Source: Laetmonice hystrix (lineage: Eukaryota). From it: a stretch of 64,000 nt of DNA. The position numbers were made by a program, and so were the translations under genes. Under the pieces are notes generated by a model. The model had not been told where the DNA came from. It made no database searches and worked only from the letters and a program-made list of their open reading frames with translations. This document shows, in pieces, positions 52,393-64,000 of this stretch; position 1 is the stretch's first letter; the number at the start of each line of letters is the position of its first letter. The DNA lies in the NCBI GenBank assembly GCA_965235115.1, contig OZ249439.1, forward strand, positions 13,454,001 to 13,518,000, in the 5' to 3' direction.

Positions 52393-55300
52393 CAGATCTG
52401 AGCACCCAGCCAGCTACTTCTGCTGGAGACTCAATGACAACACTAGATGCCAGCCCTGTGAGAAGTGTTTGGCTGCATGTTCATGGCTGGATCGATGTCA
52501 TCGAGATGGTCACCTACAGAATACAGATTGTGTATTGAAAGCCTACTATAACTGGCCAAGATAGGTTTCCCATTCACATTCCATAATGGATGAAATCGAT
52601 GAGGGCCGACGGTGAGTTATGAACGCTGCAAACAACGAGTTCGATCAATAATGTAGAGTGATATGATAGAGTCACATCCATAATTTAGAGTGACATTCTG
52701 GAGTCACGTTTATCCCGGAGAGTCACGCTCATTACGGACAGCCCCGTAATGGAGTCACATCCATAATGCACGTACACAGCGAGGAGTCGCATCATTCATA
52801 CCCGACGGCGACACCCGCATATAATAATGGCTACTTTAAACAGTTGTGAATTCTTCTACTAATTAATGGGCCTCAAATCTGGATTGGAGGGTGGGGGGTT
52901 GACGGGCTGACTGGCCCCGTCACACAGTGGTCGCAGACGCTGGTCACAGGCAGGTGTCAACCGATCTTCTTTGATCTTTGTATTTAGTCAGAAACCCCAA
53001 CTTGAAGAACATTTGGCTGGTGTGTTGGTGGTGGTGGTGGTGGTGGTGGTGGTGGGGGGGGCTCGCTGGCTATTACTGGAAGACCTGGCTGGCATTGGTT
53101 CGACTCTCCAAATACACAGATAGTCGGCCAGCCTCGGACTGGCGAGTTGACAGAGGGGGGTTGTTGTCACTGAGACCGATTGTTTCAGCCGCAGCCAGTA
53201 CCCTCCACCACCCCACACCCACCCACCCGTAAGTAAAACACCGTACAGAGGCAAACTGAGCCTGGCCCCGGGCCCGGCAGACAGACAGTGGTCTGCGATC
53301 AGTCAGCCCAGCCGTCAACCCGGGACTCTCACCGCCCGACCCCTCGTCTGACCTCACCCTCCGCTCACCTCAACATTTATTTGTACTTCTTCCCTGCCTG
53401 TAAGCCGACACTATCTCTTCATAGCTTTTGATATGTGACATTAAAAAATCACACAAACAATTTCAATCTTACTGGTTTCCTGATAACTCATTGAGGGCCA
53501 GGCGCCCTTGATTCGACCTTCAAGAGTCTCGTAAGGCATGGTTATGTAAACATAATAAGACTGCACGAGGCCGCAGAGTTTGGCTGAGACAGGCTCACTG
53601 TCTGGTCATTGAAGACGACGGGAAAAAGACGGGATGTGCTGCTATATCGGTTTGTTTTCACATCTCCTAAAGTAACCATACCCACCAGACTGTGACTTCA
53701 CCGTCCGGGAACCTGGGCTCACCTTTCACCTTGCACGCCCCACTGACACCTTCACAACCATTAGGATATATTAAATATCATTAGCCCGGAGTCTATCTGC
53801 CCGCTATTGTCACGTTCACTTGACCCTAACATCCAATAGGTGTCCAAACCAGGTATGTTCTCCCTGCCTCAACCCGCCTTGTCTGTACCAGCCCCCTCCC
53901 TGACCTCTAGCTGTCAGTCACACAATTACACTGCCCATTTCCTCTCACCTTTCACCTGTAAACCGTGGTTTTTACCACCTCATGTGTAAACCCTCCGTGA
54001 AAATCTACTTTTCCTTGTCTTCACTGCCTGCTATGTCTGACACTGAACTGAGCACTGAACCCTTTAAAGGTTCAATGCCCGGTCGACCCGCCCACTGTCA
54101 CAGAGAGATCCTGTCACAGAGAGATCCCCCTCTCAGAGAGATCCCCTCTCAGACTGTGCTCTTTGAATCCGCCATAAGTCTCCGCATGTTTTCTACCGAA
54201 TGGGAGCAGGTGGCATGCAAAGGCAATGGTTGCCAAGGTCTAACATTCACAAACTTTAGAACGTGGATCTTGTTGTCTCAGTGTTATCATGTTGGTGTCT
54301 CAATGTTATCATGTTGTTGTCTCAATGTTATCATATTATCCAGACAGGATGCACCAACGAACTCGTTGATACAGTCTGAGTCATCCAATGACGACGTCGG
54401 TGTCTTTTAACTGTTCACTTATTTTGGAATAGAAATGAATATCTCTAATCTTCACAAGTACCGTCTAAAATCAGACCCGACTGTATACCTACTTGAACGT
54501 TTCAGAGCAGCTTACTCCTGTATACCATAAAATGGAATTGATCTACATAATTTACATTATAGCATTTCTCCACGTTTTGTCGCCTGAACCAAGTGACCAT
54601 ATTGGACATGCTTGACAATCTGACCGATGGCAGTGCCCTCTGATGGCCTGCCAGTAAGGTTCCTGTGCTATCTGTGAAGCCGATTCCATCCGGTCTTCCG
54701 AGCTGTTAATGCACACAGGGCTAGGAGAGTGTGGAACAGGCGTCATAACGTCACGACCAGATGCCTTCACCATCTTACCGGCCCCCTGGCGGAGGCTGGG
54801 TAAACAAACACGCCCCTAGGGGGCGCTGCCGGTCCGTCCGTCCGTTCGTACGTGGGCTACGTTTCCAGATCCAGTACCGTACGTGAACCAACTTTGATGT
54901 CGCAGAGGCCCTGACCCTCCCACCGGCGACCTGCCACAGACCTGCAGGCTGGCGCCGCCGACCTACAGGCCCATGGTCCCCACCTACTGCCTGGCTGGTC
55001 ACAGTCAGACTTGGGTGAGATATGTAGGACACAAAACCAAACGCTCACATAAAAAAGAAGGAAAAAACCTCTCCACAGCCAAGAAGAAAGTGTGATAGCT
55101 GGGGAGAACCAGGCTGAAGATATATTTCTCTTCAGTAGGATCCTTTGACCTCCTTGTCAGACTATTTTTCTTATTTTTTTGTCTTTTCCCCCGGGTACCA
55201 TAACACTAATGTTTGGCTGAGACCGCCCTGTGCGAGCACATCTCAAACGTAGCACCGTATTCAGTGACATACCTACACATACGTCGGTGAATACCGGGAA

Positions 55301-58300
55301 ATATGGGTCCACTAATAGAATTCAACGAATGGCAATCTATGGTGATGACTGGTGTGGGTTGGGAAGCGAGCACGAACGTCGGAGCTCTTCGCTCTGTCTG
55401 ACAGCCTGTACCAGCAGCGAGGCGAGCCAGCAGTACATCAACATTACATACCCGACAAGCCGCAGAAAATACCCGTAAAAAACATGCAACTTCCAGCAAA
55501 GGTACGCCCAGTCAGGCTCTGTTTGCCGCTGTTTAGATCTGTCTGTGCCCACCGCATGGAAAACGCACGTTAGATCTGCATTAGCTTATTCTGGCCAACA
55601 TCTCGGGGCGTGCCGGGGCTCTCCCACACGTGGGCCGGACCTCCCGGCGGGGGGCCGGAGGGGGGCCTGGGGGCCTGTAGACCTGTGGGCCGGGGAGCCA
55701 TTCCCTGAATGAAGCTGGAGTTCCTTCGTTGGGCCACCAGGCAGCCGTTCGCTCGGTGCTGCTGCACTGCCGCTGTTAATGCTGTTTTTACGGCGAGGAC
55801 GGGGAGCAGAGCTTGAATATCTGCCGGCCTCTCCGCACAGAGACATGGACAGACTTCATCGTATACATCTGTATTGTATTTCATTTTAAATTGGGATCAA
55901 GTCCCAGATTTGAGATCTGAGTGCCCAAGCCTTCTCCTACCCTCGTCCCCAACAGTTCTAACAGTCCACAGAGATTTTGTTCTGTCGTATTGGAGGAATA
56001 GCCCCAGCCTGTAGAATAGGGCGTACGACACTTCCACATGTACTTGTCTTGAGAAGAGTCTTGACTTTTACGAAAAGGTTGTTCTCCTCGACAGCAGATC
56101 AACACATACGTGTTTACACGAATTCTCTGCCATATTGTGGCAGAGTCGTCTGAATGGAGAAAACTAAACGACCCATCCACACACCCGCACCTTGTAACAA
56201 CACGACGAGAATCAAAATCATCACGCTACGATAGAATATTGGATTTAGTCACAAGTACTCTCATCTACGGATCAAATATTGGACATGGCTACAACCAAAA
56301 TAATGCTAAGACGAAATATTGGACAGGACTAGATCATCAATCATCGTGCTTGGAGCACACATTGAACGTGGCTAGAATAACAACTGTCATGTTAAAATTA
56401 AATTGATGGGCGGGAATGAGGATCGAAATATGGACTTGTCACCGGCCACTCTTTATCGGTATGTGACTGGATTCAACCAGAGTTCAGCTATTGTTCGGGT
56501 GAAACCATTTTAACCAATTCCATGGTGACAGGTTTGATTTTAAGGACTTTCTGCGGATTTAATAACCTCATCTCGCTCGGTCTAGGACAGCGAGGGACAG
56601 ACGCGTTCAGAGATTGGGGGGGGGGGGGGGGGGGGGCGCTCCACACTGTCACCGCCACTGCCGCTGTGGGCCAGTCTGGACCACGTGACGGTCTCCAGGC
56701 CGGCTGGGTCAGACACGTGACACTGTTAGGCCAATCCCCACGTGACCCCCATCTTATTAACACCGTCCGCCGGCTTACAGCGACTCAGCCGGCAACACTG
56801 TACGGTTTCACTTGTATGCACTGTTCAACTTGTTTCTTCCATTAGAAAGTTACTTTCGTATTTTGCCACGAAAAAGGTAAAGGACACAGCAGAGATTTCT
56901 CGGTCAACCCGCTTTTTGTCTTACATCAAATTAAATGCAGTTTCTTATCCGTCTACCTTCTCCCTTGAGCCTACCTTGAGCAAAACGATGGAGTCCTCTG
57001 ATGAAGACTTTCAGTTCTCTGTCAAATCTTTCCACCATCTTACTGTGGTATATAGGATATAGCTGGACGTAGACAGGTCATCCAATAATAACCATGTTAG
57101 AACCTATAGAGTAACGGAGAGGTCCGTATAAAGCTTCACACTAGGTCAGTACGATACATCTAGTACATTATCATCGTTCCTGCTGAGGGCTTAATCTAGA
57201 GACCCATCGTTGGTATAAAGTGGAGGCGGCTGGAGGTCAAAGGTCAGATACCTCATTGATGTAATGTTCGGGGTAGAGAGCACGTCTGAAATGCTTCAAT
57301 GGCTCAAGTATTGGCACCATTTCTGATTGGTTCACCAGTGAAGGTCCTGTGGGTCAGCCTGGCTTCATCCCGTATACATGATACGCAACTTAAACGGCCA
57401 TCTTTTCACTGGCTGTCCATTAGCCGCTGTCAGAACATGTCGCGCCGGGCCATCCCTCTGATCACACTGCTAGACTTACGATCGCTTCCCGTCCCATGGC
57501 TGACCCCGCATCGTTAACGGGGCCCGTGCTTTATTGGGCCATCTTGACCCCGGCGGCCCACAGAAAAAGGTTACTTTGGGTAAGTCCTTTGATTAGCTGG
57601 AGCGTTGTCTGTGAAGTCTGCCCATCTCATTCAGCCTCGCTTTGATAAAGGCCGGCAGACTAACTTGGGGGCAACCATTGGGCGGTAAGTACCGGTTCCT
57701 GTACATAAAAACCGACACATCTCCGTATCAGTCTCTCTCTGTCTCTGTGCGAACACCAGGTAAAGACAGGCCTAGTCATTAACATCATCAACTACCACGT
57801 ACCCTGGTCTCTCAGAAAATACCACTGATCAACCTGGCGGCGGCAATTAGTAAAATACCATCATGACGACACAAATGACCTAATCTATGAGCTGTGCTTG
57901 TCGCCACACCATCTGACTATACTACTGGTCTCAGGTACGGTGGCTGGACCAACGAGGCCAGTGTTCCGGGAAACGGTCTGACCGGACGTGGCCATTACAG
58001 GCCATCACTCTCCCAGCATCACTACTTCAGATACATTTCTTGTCAGTGCAGCAAGTTCACTGTTGTGAAACATCATGTTTGAATACAATATAAGAACAGC
58101 ACCATGCTGTAAGAGGATGGTAAGATCACAGTGTGGAACGACTGAACTATAGAGAGTGAACAACCAGATTCACTTTTATCTCCAGACAATGTTCAATTCT
58201 GTTTGCTCTATAAATACTCCTGATCGTGACTAAGGCAGGTACATTGTGAGAACACTGTATGGAGTAGTGATACGTTAATCACACGCACGCCCGAACGTTT

Positions 58301-59070
58301 CGAGATACCTTTAAAAGGAGGATTCAGGTTCTGACATCTGTCACGACAGGAAATGGCGCACGAGAGTCAGATGGTAGTCAGAAACACATAAAGCTTCGAG
58401 AATTTCATAAAAACCTTTTTCTTGAAACGCAAATTGCATTCCGGGAAGGTTTCAAATCTAAAACATATCTAGATGAAGAAGACATGAGAGTCAGTGGTAC
58501 GCCCTACCAAAGCTCTGCGTGTCCAAGAGAGGACAGACATGTTATATAAGTGCTGATCGGTATTACGTACAATCCTGGGCAGAGCAGGATGATAAAGAAA
58601 AATACCCGACTCCTCTTTCCTACCCCTCCTCCACTCATCCCGAGACTGCCTGTAAGGTACGGATGCTATGGATTTCTTGCCGTCTCCCTTGTTTTCCCAC
58701 CGTCTCACTGGCAGACTTAATGAGGTTTTATTGATCGTTAAAGCCGACGGCAGGTAATGAACCGCGGTGCTGGGACATACGGAAGTCGTGTGATCAAAGC
58801 CCGTGAATTCCGTGTGGGTGGCCACCAACGGGGCCGGCCAATTCATCAGCACGAGCTGTCGCAACCACTTCTACACGCCTTCTCCAACAAAAACTAAGTA
58901 AAAACTGCTAGGTGAGCAGAAGGTACAACATATAACTTTAGTCTTCTAGTTCTATATGACTGAATTTGGTAATTAATCCGAATGAACAGAAATTATCACA
59001 GTGGATCGTAACCATAGGTCGGTCGCATCACTGGAATTCGATGGTTCCGATGGTTCTCGAAGACCTGGGC

Positions 59071-59305
59071 CCGGTTTTTTTGTTTACTTTTCCACCGTGA
59101 GCAAGGGTGAGCTCAGCTGAGCAAGGATGAGCAGAAGCTCATGCTCACCGTTTTCGTTTTTTTGCCCGAGCTTGCTCACCATGAGCACGCCTCATGGAAA
59201 AAAGCAACCCAAAAATACACGAAAATGGTGAGAATGAGCTCATGCTCACCCATGCTCAGCTCAGCTCACTCTTGCTCACGGTGGAAAAGTAAACAAAAAA
59301 AACGG
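59071..59305. mobile_element. Foldback MITE, 235 bp, with about 85-90-bp inverted arms built from TGAGC/GCTCA motifs
   Basis: Left arm CCGGTTTTTTTGTTTACTTTTCCACCGTGAGCAAGGGTGAGCTCAGCTGAGC... matches the reverse complement of the right arm CCGTTTTTTTTGTTTACTTTTCCACCGTGAGCAAGAGTGAGCTGAGCTGAGC.... No TSD identified. Confidence 0.8.
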
Positions 59306-59604
59306 CTTCAGGAGAAGGGTTGACACCAAGTAGTGGCCAAAGGTTGCTTCGGTATTACCTGACTTCCGTAGTCTTCTTTTTCATACAGGAGGGTACAAGA
59401 CAGCTCCCGGACATAGAACCCTGGATAACTGTGCGCAACCAAGGACGCAGGAGCGAAACGGGATTAAATTCTCTGATGCCCCCCCCCCCCCCCCACACAC
59501 ACACACATCTACTAAAACAGAACAAATAAAAAAGATCTTCCCAAAATATAGGTCGGTTGCCTAGAGGTGTAAAATATAAGTGGAAGAAGTGGCAGTGTTT
59601 TTAC

Positions 59605-59919
59605 CTGTGACGGAGTCGATGACGAAGAATCCCTGCGGGTTTCCACTGGTGATGTCGTAGGTGAGCTTGTTGCTGGAGGTGGCGTCCAGGTCATAGCCCT
59701 CGACCCTCACCACTGACGTGCCCTCGGGGCTACTCTCCACCACCGTCGGGTAGTAGACGGGCTCCTCTGTCTGTGGCACGTTGTCGTTGAGGTCCTGTAC
59801 CTCGATGAGAACCTCGACCCGGGACGACTGCGGCACGGTGCCCCGGTCACGGGCAACAATCGTCAGCCAGTAGTGAGAGTGGCTCTCCCGGTCCAGCACC
59901 CGGTTCGTCCACAGCATGC
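59605..59919 (-). CDS. FAT1: Internal exon (315 nt, phase 1-1) of a Fat-like atypical cadherin, probably the invertebrate pro-orthologue of FAT1/2/3 (Drosophila kugelei/fat2 type)
   Basis: Encodes (G)MLWTNRVLDRESHSHYWLTIVARDRGTVPQSSRVEVLIEVQDLNDNVPQTEEPVYYPTVVESSPEGTSVVRVEGYDLDATSSNKLTYDITSGNPQGFFVIDSVT(G). Cadherin Ca-binding motifs LDRE, AxDxG and DxNDNxP are present. HYWLT...PQT.EPVYYP...KL.Y.ITSGNPQGFF matches my recollection of vertebrate FAT1/FAT3. Acceptor is tttgcag|GC and donor is ACAG|gtaaa. Confidence 0.92.
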
Positions 59920-61204
59920 CTGCAAACACACCAACATCACAACATCATCATCCTCACAAACCAGGCAAGTTTGGAAGCAGAGCACATCTGCCAGAAAGGC
60001 GACCTTTTAGGTCGTCTCATAACGTAACGAAAATCGTAAGGGAACTGGGATATGGACAACCCTTTGTGACCAATAAAAGGATTCACTTTTTAACTTTCTT
60101 AACTGTGGGGAATTTATTTGTCAATTAGGGGCACCCGTTATGCCTCACGGATGTGCTTTATTGTTCACCATTTGAGGGCAATAGGGATGTGCTTTATTGT
60201 TCACCATTTGAGGGCAATAGGGGAATGACCTTGCTTCTCCTGAAAGATGGGTGGGCGGGCACGGGGAAGTCGACCAATAAAAGCTGAGAGCCAGGGGTCT
60301 AACTAACAATCAGAGATTGTGAGTACACGATGACATGGGGCCTGGCCGGTGAAACAGTTTACAGCTTTCCTTCAGTCAGGTTTCCCATTAACTTATTGGT
60401 GGCACCCTACTATCAGCAACAGCGGTCAAAATTAGCACCGCCAATATTTGACTGTGAACAGCCTGGAAAATAACCTTTCCAGTACAAAGTTGACAAAAAG
60501 TAAGGTTTGTTTTATATCTAAAACCCATGTGGGATTTCTCAGTGGATAAAAAAGTATGAGGGCTAACATGATATGTCGGTATCTAATTTCTGCACTGTAT
60601 GATAAAGATTTTTGTCTGCAGCTAATGGCAGGAACCATGCTGATTGGAGGGAAATATTGCCGGACGGAGAGTGGCACGGCTTGCCCTGACTGTACCAATC
60701 TCAGGCCGGTAGGGGCAGGGGGCTCGTACCCACTGACCCTGCCGTTGTACGGACCTAGGCAGGGAAAGTGGTGAATATTTAACATCTTGTCCCTGTTCCT
60801 CCCAGCGATTCCATTGAACAAACAAAGCTACTAAGTCTATTCACCCCTCCTTCTTCCTTATTCAGACAAGATTAAAGGCATGTCCTCTTTCCATCAAAGC
60901 CGACGGCATTTCTCATTGCTTCATACTTTTGGTTCTTTCTTTCCTACCCCATCACCGCTCCTTTTTCCCCTCGATTACCCCCTCTCCCATCCCCCCGGCT
61001 GTTCCCCCACGTATGATCATTTGTAATCCACCTATCCCTGCCGGCCATGGCTGGAAGTTTGATAAATGCAGTTGTGTTATTTTGAATATTTGCTGTAATA
61101 TTTCCCAATCCGCCTATAGACTGGTCCTTCTACCGGTCCAGCGGCCACACAAACACGGACGGTGGATGCGAGCACAGCTAATCACAGCACAATGTTTGGG
61201 ACAT

Positions 61205-61880
61205 CCTGGGTGCCTGGTCATGTTGGTATCCCGGGCAATGAGCAAGCTGACAGAACTGCTAAGAGGGCTCTTGAAACAGACGTCGAACTGTGTCCAATTC
61301 CAGCCTCTGACCTCAGACCTACCATCTGGGCTTACATTAAGAACAAATGGCAGGCTGAATGGGATGAACAACCAAACAATAAATTGTATCAGATCAGTCC
61401 TGTCGTGAACCAAAGGTGTCTTCACGGCCTAACCCAACGTAGGCATGAAATTGTTTATACTCGATGCAGGATTGGTCATTCTAGATTAACCCACGTGTTT
61501 TTATTTAAGGGGGAGCCACCTCCAGAGTGTCATGGCTGTCAGTGTCCTTTGACACTGAAGCATCTTTTACTTGAGTGTGGTGATTTTACTCTGATCAGAC
61601 AACGGTTTTATAGTGAGACAAGTCTTCAGGATCTTTTTAACAATGTCAGACCAGGAGTGATTTTAGAGTTTTTGTCAGAAGCTGGACTTCTGACTCTTTT
61701 ATAGTTCAGGCTCGTCGATAGCCCAGTTGGGCTGACAGGATGGAGTGTGTTTTAATGATATTCCCGTTGGGGCCCGGGATAAAATAGGCTCCTTTCATTT
61801 CATGGTCTTTTTAACCCTGTTTTTGCCGTGAAGATGGCCCCAGATGCCGGCACGGCGGAAAACCACCACTACTCACTCAC
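61205..61880 (+). mobile_element. 5'-truncated I-clade (I/Nimb-like) LINE: end of RNase H, C-terminal Cys/His knuckle, 3'UTR and (CACT)n-like tail
   Basis: The frame reads WVPGHVGIPGNEQAD..AK (RNase H), RRHEIVYTRCRIGHSRLTH, CHGCQCPLTLKHLLLEC, with a stop at 61704. The 3'UTR has a stem GCCGTG (61825) ... CACGGC (61856) and then ACCACCACTACTCACTCAC. The upstream part of the track ORF (61162-61204) is probably host flank. No TSD found. Confidence 0.88.
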
Positions 61881-64000
61881 CCTAGTCGACGCCGCCACCA
61901 CTGTCCTCTCCTGGGGCCAGTCGCCGAGGTTTACACCCGAATGGTCGCCACACACCCATTTACATGTACGCCATGTATGTCTCCACTGCACTTAGGAGGC
62001 AGCCTTCACTGTGGATCTGAAGGCCCAACTTGGATGTGCCCCCAGGCCGTCATAATTCCGGGCAAATGATTCCGTTGTCGTGGCTTATCCTGCATTAACT
62101 GGGCCCTCTTTCGCAGGCGCTTTATTCAATCCAACGCAAGGCACATAACGTAACAAAGATCGTTAACTCTGATTTAACGACATTCCTTCCTATATCCACT
62201 CGCTGTATTACGTTACGTATTGCCTAGGGCGAGAATCTAAGTGAATGTTAAAATCTCGAGCAAACTTGAGACTTGGAACGGTGCCTAAAATCTCACAAAG
62301 TGATCCAACAACACGGTTCAATGGTAACCCATGATAGGCTGGAAAACCCATCAGTTACCAAAGCATATAGACAGCCACTCAATGAATATGTTTCAGATTG
62401 AATCACAAACCCCATGGTACAGAGACCTACAAATTGAAATATCAAAATACAGGTACACGAGCCCTCGGCCATTCAGAATGAGCCAATGAAATTGAAGCCC
62501 TGGCCGCCGCCTCCCGGCCCCAAGGTGTGCCCAATCCTCCCATTTATTACTGTACCTTCACCGAGCAGGTGCTGATCATGGCCCACGTGGTGCGCGCATG
62601 GAAGGGTCCATTACAGCCTCCTCGTGACCGCCTCACCCCGCCTCAGGGGGTCGATCACTCCGCCCTGACCCTCACACCGGCCGCCAGGTCAAGCGATCCA
62701 CGTGATCAGGCTTTAATCATACCCCTGGGGTCCGGGTCAGGTCAAGGGTCACTTAACGGGGCCATTGGTGGAGCTTCAGCTACCCTAACCCTTTATCGAC
62801 TTGCTACCTGCCACCAACACCCACCCCATCATGGTGGGGTATCTGCCCACCCTCGGCCAGCCTAATGGTACATTGGTTGCTGCTACCAGCCGTTTTACCG
62901 TCATATCCATTCCCCTGTCTGAGTCTAATGCTAACTCATTGACTCCCTGAGGTTAACAGTGCAAACAAATCACCATGGACACACACACATGTAAAAAAGA
63001 TCAAAGCTACCAATGAAGGCATTGTTTCTTTTTATACATGGTCGTTTATGTTGTAATTATGTCACACAACAAAAGGTGGACGATGCCTTCACTCGAACAC
63101 AGAGGGCAAAGGTCGTCTTTGTGAAGTTCAGATGAGAGGATACCTTTCTGCCTACCTCGTTATCCTCCAGATTAAAACTAGCACCGACTTCCTATCCTAT
63201 TCTTAACTCTAGTTACTTTCTGTGTCCCTTTTTACGAAATTTGCCCTTGATTATTTTTTGTAGAAAAGTCAATAGCCAAGTCCCCGTCATTGACCCTTAT
63301 AGCGAAGGCACTGATTACGTTTTTCTGAGAGCCCTAAGGAAGGAGTGGCGTACATGTCTGACCGCTGACTGGGCATATACACTATAGATACGTGGAGCGG
63401 GGAGTGGTCAGTTTAAACTCGGACCGCACACATGGCGTCATGTTTGGTGAGATACGACTCGTTGAGTATTGCTGTACACCTGCTGCCAATCTCCTGACGT
63501 TTTATTCTCAACCCGCTGCTGTCTGAAAGCCTTTAACACTCTGTCGTTTTATGTTTACTGACAGGTATGTGAACCAGAGGGCAGGTTCAACCTGAGTGCT
63601 TTCTCTTCTTAACCTCGGGCCTGAAACAACTTGGTCGGAAGTTCATGAACGTCTAGCCTTTAAAAGTTTAGGGTGTTCACGTCTAAACTGCTACTTTAAT
63701 GCAGGGCCCTATGGAACTATCAAACACATTTATTTCTTCCTCGGGAACCCGCATATTTGGCAATTACATGGTAATTTAACAGGATTGAGAAACATGGGAT
63801 ATCAATTTTATAGTCTACATTCCGCGAAAGGTTCTCTCTGGGAATTCAATTGCAATATTAAGTCCTTCGATAAAAGGTGGCCGGGTCGGTTATAGCAGCT
63901 AACCAAATCAGGCCTGTCTATCACGGCAGTGACGGCTGTACGGCGGTCTCTTATCATCTCCCTTCATTTACACGGCCAGGCGGGCTGGGCCCTCATGTCG

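Noticed and set aside
52660-52795. Cluster of about six GAGTCAC-like motifs as an AP-1 enhancer
   Set aside because: Most lack the 5' T of TGAGTCA; more simply a decayed short tandem repeat.
56850-56925. Minus-strand KRVDREIS as the next cadherin exon
   Set aside because: Does not match the expected (G)LITTTSRKLDRE-type sequence, is AT-rich unlike the true exon, and has no suitable donor.

Overview
This is eukaryotic (metazoan, probably marine invertebrate such as a mollusc; the taxon is an inference) genomic DNA, not a prokaryotic locus. Almost all short ORFs in the supplied track are noise. Only one host exon is recognisable: a 315-nt phase-1/phase-1 exon (59605-59919, minus) of a Fat-like cadherin of the FAT1/2/3 type. 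I found no other cadherin exon by eye, so most of the window is probably one very large intron of at least 59 kb. At the left end is an apparently intact RTE-X-like LINE on the minus strand. Its 932-codon APE+RT ORF2 is absent from the ORF track, sits in the same frame as ORF1, is separated from it by a single TAG, and has no ATG before the endonuclease catalytic motifs. The rest of the window holds a 5'-truncated RNase H-bearing I-clade LINE, an older related 3' tail, three MITE-like foldbacks, a probable Helentron-type non-autonomous element, at least ten unrelated minisatellites (22-92 bp units) and two assembly gaps. One 45-bp array forms a 572-codon mucin-like ORF antisense to the cadherin gene. 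There is no CRISPR array, rRNA or tRNA. The best leads are the LINE ORF1/ORF2 junction and the nested repeat ORF. I cannot claim a confirmed new system from sequence alone.
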